A DNA stretch of 54,201 nucleotides from Candidatus Thorarchaeota archaeon (GTDB lineage Archaea > Asgardarchaeota > Thorarchaeia > Thorarchaeales > Thorarchaeaceae). Below are positions 10,170-19,064 of the stretch, piece by piece. Both the position numbers and the translations under genes were made by a program. The stretch spans positions 1-54,201 of the forward strand of contig JAGSHN010000011.1 in the NCBI GenBank assembly GCA_029855935.1. The letters are read 5' to 3'. The notes below the pieces were generated by a model. That model had not been told where the DNA came from and did no database searches. It was given only the letters and a program-made list of their open reading frames with translations. Each line of letters begins with the position of its first letter. The first letter of the stretch is position 1.

Positions 10170-11717
10170 GTGGACTTGGGAATGTCGCGGCATTCCCAGG
10201 AAGATCACACAGCAGGACAGCTGAGAGTCCTCCAGTCGCTGTCCAGGGGTCGTCTTCTGAGCCGGGTCGTGCGCTGGTTGACCGACACGCACGGCAGAGG
10301 TGGCCGCTCAATTCTGGACAGTTCATTGGACATCATCGCTGGCGACAGGTCCAGCGTGTCCGTGACCTCGCTTGTCGGAGCGCTGATGCTCCGCGGGATA
10401 CTTGAGATGGGGACCAGGGCCTTCGGTGGGAGTCTCGCCGACATCCGTGAGAACCTGTCGAACGTGTTGTTTCGCAGGGCGCTGTCCAGTGTCATCACGG
10501 GTCTTGTGGACTTTGGTCCACAGAGGCCGTTCACCCCGGGGGCTCCGTTTCAGGTGGTCTGGAACGTCACAAGGACGTGCAATCTCAGGTGCAAGCACTG
10601 CTATGAGAACGCTGGGCGTCGTGGCAGGGATGAGCTCGACACAGAGCAGGCCCTCAGGGCGATTGACATCATGGCAGACGAGGGAGTGGTCTTTCTTGCC
10701 TTCTCAGGCGGCGAGCCCACACTTCGCCCTGACATCCTGACGCTGATACGCAGGGCTGCCGACCGGGGGATGTACGTCGCCGCTGCAACGAATGGCACCA
10801 CATTCGCCGACCGTGAGCGGGTAAGACGGTTCAAGGAGGCCGGCCTGAGTTTTGCGCAGATAAGCCTCGACGGTGTCAATGCGGAGACTCACGATAGCTT
10901 CCGAGGTGTGCCCGGTGCGTTCGCAAGGACAATCGAGGGGATAAAGAACTGCGTGGCTGAGGGTCTGTTTGTGGAGATCGCGATGACGGTCACACACTAC
11001 AATCTCCACGAGGTGCCGAAGGCCATAGAGCTGGCTGAGCGACTGGGCGCAAGATGGTTCATGATATACAACTTTGTCCCGATTGGGAGAGGCGCTGAGA
11101 TTGCGGATGCCGACCTGACGCCGTCTGAACGCGAGGAACTGCTGAGACTGCTCTGGGACAGGATATCCTCGAAGTCCGACCCGGGTGCGATGGAGGTCCT
11201 GACAACGGCTCCACAGCTTGGCCGTGTGCCACTGGAGGCTGCACGAGACAGCACGTTGCCGGGCTGTCAGACTGGCGAGATGATCTTTCCGACCCACTTC
11301 TCCAATGCACGACTGCCCTCGCAGATGACGAGGCTGTCGGAGTTCATCGGTGGCTGTGGTGCTGGGAGATTCTATCTGGCGATGGAGCCCAATGGCGACC
11401 TCTATCCGTGTGTGTTCTTCCCGCACACGCCCGAGGTCAGGATTGGAAACATTCTGCACGACGACCTGCACAAGATCTGGAGGCAGTCAGGGGTCCTCAG
11501 GATGCTCCGGGACAAGGACCTGCTTAAGGACCACTGTGGCTCGTGTGAGAACCGGTATGTCTGTGGTGGCTGTAGGGCAAGGGCGATTCAGTACTTTGGC
11601 GACCTTCTCGCTCCTGACCCCGGCTGCAAATACAATGCGGCCGCGTGGAATGCTCTCAGGACGGGCGAGATGCTGGCCGTGACCGGTCTTGGTATTCAGA
11701 GGACCGTGTCGCATTGA
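10170..11717 (+). CDS. Radical SAM protein with SPASM domain and N-terminal extension
   Basis: CNLRCKHC, SGGEP, SPASM cysteines GCGAG...YPC and CGSC...CGGCRARA...DPGC. Start may be ATG 10182. Confidence 0.92.
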   Translation: MDLGMSRHSQEDHTAGQLRVLQSLSRGRLLSRVVRWLTDTHGRGGRSILDSSLDIIAGDRSSVSVTSLVGALMLRGILEMGTRAFGGSLADIRENLSNVLFRRALSSVITGLVDFGPQRPFTPGAPFQVVWNVTRTCNLRCKHCYENAGRRGRDELDTEQALRAIDIMADEGVVFLAFSGGEPTLRPDILTLIRRAADRGMYVAAATNGTTFADRERVRRFKEAGLSFAQISLDGVNAETHDSFRGVPGAFARTIEGIKNCVAEGLFVEIAMTVTHYNLHEVPKAIELAERLGARWFMIYNFVPIGRGAEIADADLTPSEREELLRLLWDRISSKSDPGAMEVLTTAPQLGRVPLEAARDSTLPGCQTGEMIFPTHFSNARLPSQMTRLSEFIGGCGAGRFYLAMEPNGDLYPCVFFPHTPEVRIGNILHDDLHKIWRQSGVLRMLRDKDLLKDHCGSCENRYVCGGCRARAIQYFGDLLAPDPGCKYNAAAWNALRTGEMLAVTGLGIQRTVSH

Positions 11718-11758
11718 CCTGTGTCACGGGCTGATACCTGAGCATGTAAGGACTGTCT

Positions 11759-12175
11759 TCAGATGAGACCTTCTTCGAGCTCCTTGCGCAGTCGGTCCAC
11801 GTGCCTGGCGACGTCCTCGGCAATCCTGTTCACTATGTCCGTGCTGTGATTGATTGTCCAGCGTTCCGTGTCGTCCAGGCACATATCGCCTGCGTAGTCC
11901 TCGATGTTGATCTTGACCGCCGGCTCGCTGCTGTAGCGGGCTGTGCCTCGTGCAGCGCACATCTTGCTGCACCCGTCAATCGTAATCGTCGGGAAGATCT
12001 CTGCGAAGCCTCTCTCCCCGCTGTCGCCAGCAAGGAACAGCGGCAGACAGATCGTGAGCGTCTTGTGCGGTCGGAGCTCGTGAAGGACCTTGAGTGCTGC
12101 AGCCCTGCTGATGTTGCCGCCTGAGCAGCCCTCGCCACTGCAGGCTATTATCCCGATCTTCGGCAGGAACGGCAT
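11759..12175 (-). CDS. DGC-domain putative metal-binding protein
   Basis: IACSG, ICLP and IDGCSKMCA: all four DGC cysteines, plus an extra Cys (EGCSG). Confidence 0.85.
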   Translation of the reverse strand: MPFLPKIGIIACSGEGCSGGNISRAAALKVLHELRPHKTLTICLPLFLAGDSGERGFAEIFPTITIDGCSKMCAARGTARYSSEPAVKINIEDYAGDMCLDDTERWTINHSTDIVNRIAEDVARHVDRLRKELEEGLI

Positions 12176-12568
12176 TCAGACTCCACCCTCCTCAATGAGC
12201 GTCATTGCGACATCTCTCGCCAGCTGGCGCCCTCCCTCACCAATGTCGACAATCGACTCCGGTCTGTGTGAGCGGTTCTTCGCCAGCACACGGACCACCA
12301 GCACCCCGTGGTCAACCTCACCACCAGCATGTTTCACACTCGCCGTCGCGCACTTCTTTGGACACCCGTCAATTGCGAAGACCTCGGAGGAGCGGACGAG
12401 TTCCCCCGTGTCGCCCTCATCGTCGGTCATGATCAGTGGCAGGCAGACGGTCTCGAATGTGCCGGGGCGGAGCTCCTCCATCAGGAGTCTGGTCGCCTCG
12501 CGTGCCACCTCGCCGACAGCCTTTCCTATGCCGCTGCAGGGTATCAGCAGTCTTCTCTTACCGGACAT
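12176..12568 (-). CDS. DGC-domain putative metal-binding protein
   Basis: IPCSG, VCLP and IDGCPKKCA; ATG 12568 lies immediately after the upstream stop codon. Confidence 0.85.
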   Translation of the reverse strand: MSGKRRLLIPCSGIGKAVGEVAREATRLLMEELRPGTFETVCLPLIMTDDEGDTGELVRSSEVFAIDGCPKKCATASVKHAGGEVDHGVLVVRVLAKNRSHRPESIVDIGEGGRQLARDVAMTLIEEGGV

Positions 12569-12569
12569 C

Positions 12570-13448
12570 CTAACTGTCGCCTCCACCGGAAGTCTGTCTC
12601 TCGAGTTCCTTGCGGGCCTTTGCGGCCGCATACTCAAGGTACTCCTCGGCGTTCTTCAACAGCTCGAGCTCGGTGAGGTCGGTCGGCCTCATCACATAGA
12701 GCCATCCCTCATCATAGGGTGACTCGTTGATGAGCTCGGGGCTGTCGACCAGTCTCTCGTTGCATTCCACAATCGTCCCGGAGATTGGAATGATTATCTC
12801 CATTGCGGTCTTTGTCGACTCAAGCCTGCCTGCGTCGTCCCCGAGTTCGACAGTCTTTCCTACCTCTTCGAGCTCCACATAGTAGATGTCCGAGACCATC
12901 TGCTGAAGCACATCTGTCGCGCCCACTCGTACCAGGTCTCCCTCGACAGAGACCCAGAAGTCGTTGTCGCTGTAGTGATAGCCGCGCCTCACGGTCATAG
13001 TGAACTTGTCGACCCTGATGCTGAGATCGTTCTCCTCTGGCGCACCCGCCTCCGGCGCTGCGGTTGTCGCTGTAGTCTCTCTCTTGGGTGAAGCTGGTCT
13101 CTCACGCGATTCACGAAGGATCTCCCTGACGACCTTGATGACGGCCTCGACCCTCTTCTCCTCGGGGTCCTGAGGGTCTGTGTGCTGCGTGACGTCAACG
13201 GTCTGGACGTTGCGTGCGCCTCTCGTTTCTGCAATCTTTCTGGCGCAGTTCATACTGCAGCCGTCTATCACTATCACCGGCGAGGATAACAGTGATCTCA
13301 TCTCACCCGGCCGCTCGGCGGACAGCGAGGCAACGCTTCCAATGGTGACCTCCTCGTCCTCTGCGGCGATCCTCTCGGCGACGGCGCGAGTGATGGCACC
13401 GCCGGGCCTGTCGTAGCCCGCACAGGGCAGAACATACAGCTTGACCAA
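12570..13448 (-). CDS. Fusion of DGC domain and glycine cleavage H-like lipoyl-carrier domain
   Basis: N-terminal LPCAG...IDGCSMNCA; Ala/Thr/Pro linker; C-terminal VRVGATD...LESTKTAMEI...PELINESPYDEGWL with the lipoyl lysine. Confidence 0.88.
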   Translation of the reverse strand: MVKLYVLPCAGYDRPGGAITRAVAERIAAEDEEVTIGSVASLSAERPGEMRSLLSSPVIVIDGCSMNCARKIAETRGARNVQTVDVTQHTDPQDPEEKRVEAVIKVVREILRESRERPASPKRETTATTAAPEAGAPEENDLSIRVDKFTMTVRRGYHYSDNDFWVSVEGDLVRVGATDVLQQMVSDIYYVELEEVGKTVELGDDAGRLESTKTAMEIIIPISGTIVECNERLVDSPELINESPYDEGWLYVMRPTDLTELELLKNAEEYLEYAAAKARKELERQTSGGGDS

Positions 13449-13455
13449 GCGCAGT

Positions 13456-13767
13456 TCACCCCCTCGCTCGCTCGGCCTTGATCAGCCTGAGTATCTCTGA
13501 CTTCTCGGGGAAGGATATTGCGTCCTGCGGACACATCTTCTGGCAGGCCTTACAGAACACCACGCAGTTGTAGGGGTTCTCAACCTCTATTCGGGTCGGG
13601 TTCTCCAGAGGCCTGTACACGTGATGCGGACAGAACTTGAGGCAGTCGTACTCTCCGCCACAGCCGTCGCACCTGTCGTAGTCGATTCTCGGCCACCACG
13701 GTATCTTTGTCCTGTCCACGCCCATGAATGTCTTCTCTGGCTCGCTCTCACTCGTCATAGGGTCCAT
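13456..13767 (-). CDS. 2x[4Fe-4S] ferredoxin
   Basis: CDGCGGEYDCLKFCP and CVVFCKACQKMCP. Confidence 0.9.
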   Translation of the reverse strand: MDPMTSESEPEKTFMGVDRTKIPWWPRIDYDRCDGCGGEYDCLKFCPHHVYRPLENPTRIEVENPYNCVVFCKACQKMCPQDAISFPEKSEILRLIKAERARG

Positions 13768-14134
13768 TCTCCTTCAGAACGTCAATGACCTTGTTGACGG
13801 CCTCATCAGTCGTCATATCGCGGATGTCAATGGGTATCAGATCCCTCTCGACGTCGAGACCCTTCTTTGCGAACGCGTCACGAAAGAGCTTACGTTGCAT
13901 CCTCGGCGCACAGCCCCCAACGACGATGGGAGGGCCGTTCTTCAGCACGTGCTCAAGATACCTGTCGCCGTCCTCCTCGCAGAGCTGAGGATGGATGATG
14001 CCGTACTCGACCGGGAGCTCGATTCGCACCCGATTGATGAAGTCCCAGATGTCCATCTTCTCGAAGCCCGGGCATTTCCCGGTGCAGACGCACATGATGA
14101 AGCCGGGTCGCTGCTCGTCGGCCATAGCACTCAC
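13748..14134 (-). CDS. Stand-alone HdrA N-terminal-like domain protein
   Basis: CVC...HPQLC...VVGGCAPRMQRKLFR...IDIRD matches the HdrA N-terminal pattern CxC...LC...ACSPRxH...NIRE. Start may be ATG 14125. Confidence 0.75.
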   Translation of the reverse strand: MSAMADEQRPGFIMCVCTGKCPGFEKMDIWDFINRVRIELPVEYGIIHPQLCEEDGDRYLEHVLKNGPPIVVGGCAPRMQRKLFRDAFAKKGLDVERDLIPIDIRDMTTDEAVNKVIDVLKENGPYDE

Positions 14135-14140
14135 TCAATC

Positions 14141-14162
14141 GAGATATTGAACAATGTCGATA
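14141..14162. promoter_or_regulatory. Shared upstream motif copy 3
   Basis: GAGATATTGAACAATGTCGATA directly upstream of the HdrA-N/ferredoxin/DGC operon; contains the dyad GATATTG-AA-CAATGTC. Confidence 0.5.
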
Positions 14163-14374
14163 AATAAGTGAAGCGGTGTGTCGCACCGTCTGCCAACGGT
14201 CAATACCCCGCGCAGGTCGCGGAGCATCACGATCGGATGGTCATCAGACGGACTTTCCCTGTGATGTCAGGCCGCGGGGCCGGAGGAAAGAGGAGTGAGA
14301 GCTGCCATCCAAGGTTCTCACCTCAGATGACAGTTCTCTCGACAGATTGGGGGCTGAGCGTACGTTGCTGTGTC

Positions 14375-14545
14375 TCAAGGCCTGATGGCCTTTTTCACCT
14401 GCTCAAGGACATCGTCGGGAATCGTCGTCATTCCGTGTGCCTCTCGAGCGTGCTCTGCTATCCTCTTCATCAGCTCGTCCTGAGAACCAGCTGAGGTCTC
14501 AAACCCGCATTTCATTCCTATGTCGCTACACTTGAACGATGGCAT
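14375..14545 (-). CDS. DUF1059 small metal-binding protein (56 aa; absent from ORF track)
   Basis: Manual translation MPSFKCSDIGMKCGFETSAGSQDELMKRIAEHAREAHGMTTIPDDVLEQVKKAIRP, with the C-x6-C...H-x4-H pattern of DUF1059. Confidence 0.88.
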   Translation of the reverse strand: MPSFKCSDIGMKCGFETSAGSQDELMKRIAEHAREAHGMTTIPDDVLEQVKKAIRP

Positions 14546-14633
14546 AGAACTCAACTTCTGACTTAACTATGGTGAATTATGTAATAAGAGTTGGCATATG
14601 GTGGGCCATCGTCTTCTTGGCCCGAGCGACCAG

Positions 14634-15890
14634 TCAGTGTGACATGACCGGGACCGTGAAGCCCGACGGCCCCTCGGTGGAGCCCATCTCTTCGAGGACG
14701 GCTCTCCACGAAGATGGCGCATCGAGAAGACGGAGTACCTGGCACCTGTGCACTGCGGCAAGCTCTACAGTCCTCTGCAAGACCAAACGGATCTCCTCTG
14801 CGTGGAGGTCCTCTCTGAGCGCGACCTCCTTTACAATGAACTCGTTCTTCCGTCTGTCCCACTTCGGGTCGATGAAGCCGACCAGTCTGTCGCCGATGAG
14901 GATTGATGTGTGCCATCTCATTCCCTTCTTCTGGAAGTACTCGACCTTGAAGGAGTAGCCGAACAGCTTTGTCAGCCATCTCTGATCACGGACCAGGTTG
15001 TCGAGCGGTGTCAGAAGATGGACGGCCTGTGCCTGAACGCCGACCCGGGTTCGTGGAGCCTCCTCGAGACGGTCGATGATCTCCGGGAGAACGTAGTACG
15101 TCGGCCGCTGGTCGGCGACACGGACGGTGATGACGCTGTCGTCTGACAGCAGCGTCTCCATATGGGGTCTGATGTCACGCACCCTGCACCCGAGCCAGAA
15201 GGCCGCGTGACTGGTAGTGCACACCCCGAATGCGCCGATGGTCCTGACAAGGATCTCTTGTACTGCGCTCTCTACGTCAATCTCCCTGTCAAAGTCGACG
15301 TGGGGGATGGCCTCAGGCCCCCACGCATACACTGCCTCTCGAAATACCCCCTTCTGCCTGTCGACGATCACGACCTCTGGCACGAACCAGAAGAGTGTCT
15401 GGAGAGTCGCCTTCTCCTCCTCTGTCTGCAGGTTTCGTTTGGTCAGTGGGCCGTCCTCTCTCAGTCGTCTCAGTAGACTGCGCGCCACCGATGTGCGCAG
15501 GCGCCTCTGAACTCTTGGTGCCCACCCCTGTGACAGTGGGAGCTGAGATGCTGATCTGTACAGAGCGAACTCGGCAGCGGGGATGATGCTCGTCACCCGA
15601 CGCAGGCCGAAGAACTCAAGCAACGAGTGTCTCTCGTAGAGCGCCTTGTCGAGGTCCTCGAACTGGAACCTCCCCGTCAGCGTACTGAGGCGGTTCCAGA
15701 AGACGATGTAGTGGTTCGGGGCGATCACGGGTAGGGGGTCGTACTGTACGCTGGCGAGCAGAGATGCTATTTCCTCAAGAGCGTACTCTCGTTTCTCACT
15801 CAGGGGTTGCTCTCGCAGGAGCTGCTTCTCAAGGACAAGGCGACGAGCTCTGTCCTCAGGGATATTCAGAGTGCCACTCACGCTACCCAC
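14634..15890 (-). CDS. YcaQ/AlkZ-family winged-helix DNA glycosylase (crosslink repair)
   Basis: VQYDP (QxD catalytic motif), LLTPLDNLVRD, FGYSFKVEYF and ILIGDRLVG. Confidence 0.85.
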   Translation of the reverse strand: MGSVSGTLNIPEDRARRLVLEKQLLREQPLSEKREYALEEIASLLASVQYDPLPVIAPNHYIVFWNRLSTLTGRFQFEDLDKALYERHSLLEFFGLRRVTSIIPAAEFALYRSASQLPLSQGWAPRVQRRLRTSVARSLLRRLREDGPLTKRNLQTEEEKATLQTLFWFVPEVVIVDRQKGVFREAVYAWGPEAIPHVDFDREIDVESAVQEILVRTIGAFGVCTTSHAAFWLGCRVRDIRPHMETLLSDDSVITVRVADQRPTYYVLPEIIDRLEEAPRTRVGVQAQAVHLLTPLDNLVRDQRWLTKLFGYSFKVEYFQKKGMRWHTSILIGDRLVGFIDPKWDRRKNEFIVKEVALREDLHAEEIRLVLQRTVELAAVHRCQVLRLLDAPSSWRAVLEEMGSTEGPSGFTVPVMSH

Positions 15891-16300
15891 CGCGGGCTGG
15901 TGTGGTCTGCCATACTCTCAGGGTCTAATCAATCATTTGAGACAAGTCGGTGAGCCCTGTCACATCAACGTCCCTCCGTCACCCTTCTGCTCACTAGAGG
16001 TCCATCACGCTGCCGGACGAGCAACGCAGCGACCTTGCCCACGTGATGCACAGGCACACATTCTCTGTGCCAGACCACACATTGCCCCAACAGATGCGTC
16101 CTCGGTGAGGTGGTGTGAGGCAGTACCGATGCGCACGTGCTTTGCGCATTTGAGGGCATTCAGGCAATCATGTTCAGCATGTGCTTGTACGCACGTTCTC
16201 CATCCAATGAACTTAAAGAGCTGACCCGTGCCAGCGATGATGGCTGTTGCCACACCTGTGGTCTGGACACTCTTGCATCTCCTGCCCAGAGGCGACCGAT

Positions 16301-17503
16301 ATGGCGAGACATCGTAGACACAGAAAGAGCTACTGGCTCTTCAAGAAGGAGATCAAGTCAGTCCTCCGGTCGCGATGGCTGATCCTCGGCTTCATAATCA
16401 GCCCAATCTTTGCGTGGATGTTTCAGGGTCTGTTCCTCTCGTTCATCGTGGCGCAGACGACGAGTGAACCTGAGACGGTGTACATCACGCTGGAGGATAA
16501 CGGCACGTGGGGTGCGACGCTCTACGATGCAATCCGTGATCACACTGATGAGCTGTTGATCGACCCGCTAGTCAACGTTTCGCGTAGCTATGGTGAGAGT
16601 CTGGTCGCAAACAAGACTGTCTCGGTCTGGGTGCTGATACCCGAGAACTTCACCTGGGAGTTAGAACACAACAATCGGAGCACTCTCATCATCTGGGTCA
16701 ACACGGGAAACTTCCGTGCAACGGCCACCGCCCAGCGCATCGACTACTTTGCACGCCAGATTATCAATCAGGTGATCATCATCCGTGACCTGCAAGTACA
16801 GTGGCACACCATCGCGCCGGAGGCCACCTATGGCCATCAGCTCGCCATCTTCTTGGTGATGCTCACATCAGTTCTTGCTCCAGCGCCCTATGTGAGTCAG
16901 TCGTTCGCTGGAGAACGCGAACGTCACACACTGGAGGCCCTGCTTGTCGTGCCTCTGAGCAGACTCAGGATTCTCGCTGCCAAGCTGGCGGCCGGGCTCG
17001 TCCTGACCATGATATACTCCGTCTTCACGATTGTAGGAATTCTACTCTACAACCTCTCCATCATCGTGCGGGCTGCGCCCCTCCCTCCTGAGGCGGCTGA
17101 ATACTACATCCACCTCTACACTGTCAGGCTCGACACGTTGCCGCTGATATTCTTCTGTCAGTTCCTCATCCTCCTCTGCGCCATCGGCATCGGCGTGGTC
17201 ATCTCGTGCCTGGCGAGAGACCAGGCCACGGCCGAGACTGTGAACAACCTCGTGATGCTCGTCCCAACAATGGTCATTGGTATGCTGGGCTTCACAGGCA
17301 GCCTTCTCCAGTACGGTGGCCTCTTCGGAGCTTTCATCATGGCCATCCCCTTCAGTCACGCGATCATCTTCCTCAATGGCGTGCTGTCGGGTGTTGCGAA
17401 TCCGCTGTCGTTGCTCGGCAACATCCTCTACCTCCTCGTGTTCACGATAGTGACACTGATCATAGGTGCGAGGCTCTTCGAGAGGGAGGCCATCATCACA
17501 TAG
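16301..17503 (+). CDS. ABC-2 type transporter permease
   Basis: N-terminal TM, extracellular domain, AGERERHTLEALLVVP...ILAAK motif and further TMs. Confidence 0.88.
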   Translation: MARHRRHRKSYWLFKKEIKSVLRSRWLILGFIISPIFAWMFQGLFLSFIVAQTTSEPETVYITLEDNGTWGATLYDAIRDHTDELLIDPLVNVSRSYGESLVANKTVSVWVLIPENFTWELEHNNRSTLIIWVNTGNFRATATAQRIDYFARQIINQVIIIRDLQVQWHTIAPEATYGHQLAIFLVMLTSVLAPAPYVSQSFAGERERHTLEALLVVPLSRLRILAAKLAAGLVLTMIYSVFTIVGILLYNLSIIVRAAPLPPEAAEYYIHLYTVRLDTLPLIFFCQFLILLCAIGIGVVISCLARDQATAETVNNLVMLVPTMVIGMLGFTGSLLQYGGLFGAFIMAIPFSHAIIFLNGVLSGVANPLSLLGNILYLLVFTIVTLIIGARLFEREAIIT

Positions 17504-17571
17504 AGCGCACCGCACTGGTCCTGTGCCAGGCTCTCGGGCCACTGCCCTTGCCGTGATGTGAGGATGTGAGT

Positions 17572-18966
17572 TCACTCAACCGGCCAGCGTGGTCCTATCT
17601 CGATGCGTGCCCTCTCAAGGAGCTCCTCACTGTGTCGGCTGGCCCGTTCGAGCAGTGACTCCTCATCAATGGTTGTGAGCCGCCTGTCTCGCATCAGGAC
17701 CCTCCCGTCCACAATGACGGTGTCGACATAGTGGCCACAGCCTGCGTAGACGAGATTCGACAGCGGGTTGGTATTGGGCGAGAGTCCGACCTGACGCATG
17801 TCGACCGTGATGATGTCAGCCCTCTTCCCCGGTTCGAGCGAGCGCACGCTGTCGGCTATGCCCATCGCCCGCGCACCGCCCAGCGTCGCCAGCTCGAGGA
17901 CAGTCTCGGCATTCATCGCGGTCGGGTCAACAGTCACGGGCTTGTGGATCAGTGCTGCAAGGCGCATCTCCCTGATGAGGTCGTAGGTGTTGTTGCTCGG
18001 TCCCCCGTCACAGCCCAACGAGACGTGGACCCCCTCCCTCAGCATCAACGGGACCTTGGCAATACCCGACGCGAGCTTCAGGTTCGATGCCGGGCAATGA
18101 GAGATGTGGCAGCCGTGTCGGGCAAGGACGGGAATCTCTCTGTCCTCGAAGTGGATGCCGTGGGCGAAGACCATCTCTGGTCGTAGCAGCCCCAGCGAGT
18201 CTGCAAAGGAGGTCAGGTTCTCGAAGCCACGCTCCTTCACATAGCGAACATCGTTGACGACCTCTCCAAGATGCATTGTCATTCGGGTGCCTCTCTCCTC
18301 GACCTGTCGGACTACCTCTCTGAACAGCTCGTCGCTCACAGCGCCAAGGGATCTCAGTCCATACCACACCTGTATTCTGCCGTCAGCCGCACCGTGCCAT
18401 CTCCGGTACATCTGGTCGGTCTCTCTGAGGCAGTCGTCGGCGTCCTCCACCATCCCGGGATACATTATGTCCGGGCTGTCGGCGTATCCTGTGGAGTCCA
18501 TCACTATCTTCGACAGCGCTGCACGCATACCGACTCTCTCGACTGTCCTCGCGATGCCGTCAAAGCCGTATCTGGAGTGGATCATACACTCGATGAAGGA
18601 TGTCGTCCCAGTCTTGATCATCTCGGCCATACACAACTCTGCAGAGACCTGACCATCCTCTCTTGTGAAGTTGCCCTGCAACACCCACACATAGTTCTTC
18701 AGCCAGTCCACAAGGGCGACATCGTCAGCACAACCGCGGATCAGCGCCTGCGCGAGATGGACGTGAGTGTCGATGAGGCCGGGCATCACGAGGTGGCCGC
18801 GTGCATCGATGATCGTGTCCGCACCGTGGATGTCGAGCTGGTCTGCGGATCCAACGTAACGTATGATGTTGCCCTCCACATAGACGGCCCCATCACGGAA
18901 TATCCTTCGTGCCTCGTCCATCGTCACGACATAGCCGTTGCGTATCAGTATCGAGCTGTCCGGCAC
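17572..18966 (-). CDS. Amidohydrolase, MTA/SAH- or purine-deaminase-like
   Basis: PGLIDTHVH, MHLGE, AHGIH, HCPASNLKLASG, LGCDG and GKRADI. Confidence 0.9.
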   Translation of the reverse strand: MPDSSILIRNGYVVTMDEARRIFRDGAVYVEGNIIRYVGSADQLDIHGADTIIDARGHLVMPGLIDTHVHLAQALIRGCADDVALVDWLKNYVWVLQGNFTREDGQVSAELCMAEMIKTGTTSFIECMIHSRYGFDGIARTVERVGMRAALSKIVMDSTGYADSPDIMYPGMVEDADDCLRETDQMYRRWHGAADGRIQVWYGLRSLGAVSDELFREVVRQVEERGTRMTMHLGEVVNDVRYVKERGFENLTSFADSLGLLRPEMVFAHGIHFEDREIPVLARHGCHISHCPASNLKLASGIAKVPLMLREGVHVSLGCDGGPSNNTYDLIREMRLAALIHKPVTVDPTAMNAETVLELATLGGARAMGIADSVRSLEPGKRADIITVDMRQVGLSPNTNPLSNLVYAGCGHYVDTVIVDGRVLMRDRRLTTIDEESLLERASRHSEELLERARIEIGPRWPVE

Positions 18967-19064
18967 ACTCTCACATCCTCGGAGGCCTGAGAGCGTCCTC
19001 ATCGCTCAGTGAAAAGTCGTTCGCTGGCCATGACATGTACTGTTCGTGTTGATAGACACTGACT

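Noticed and set aside
12173-12178. In-frame TGA-ATG between two DGC genes, suggesting selenocysteine readthrough
   Set aside because: The TGA is not at a conserved Cys position, an SD-like GAGGGTGGAG precedes the ATG, and no SECIS was recognised. Ordinary translational coupling explains it.
12570-13000. Calling the locus a glycine cleavage system or a heterodisulfide reductase
   Set aside because: Only an H-like domain and an HdrA N-terminal fragment are present. The P/T/L proteins, the HdrA FAD domain and HdrB/C are absent from the cluster.
14168-14494. 108-aa + strand ORF, and a 12-mer TCATCTGAGGTG shared (inverted) with 35521-35532
   Set aside because: The ORF overlaps the better-supported DUF1059 gene. 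A single 12-mer match without further similarity is too weak to call an ncRNA or repeat.
15871-16382. Cys/His-rich short ORFs between the glycosylase and the permease
   Set aside because: No coherent motif, mutually overlapping, and located in a probable divergent promoter region.
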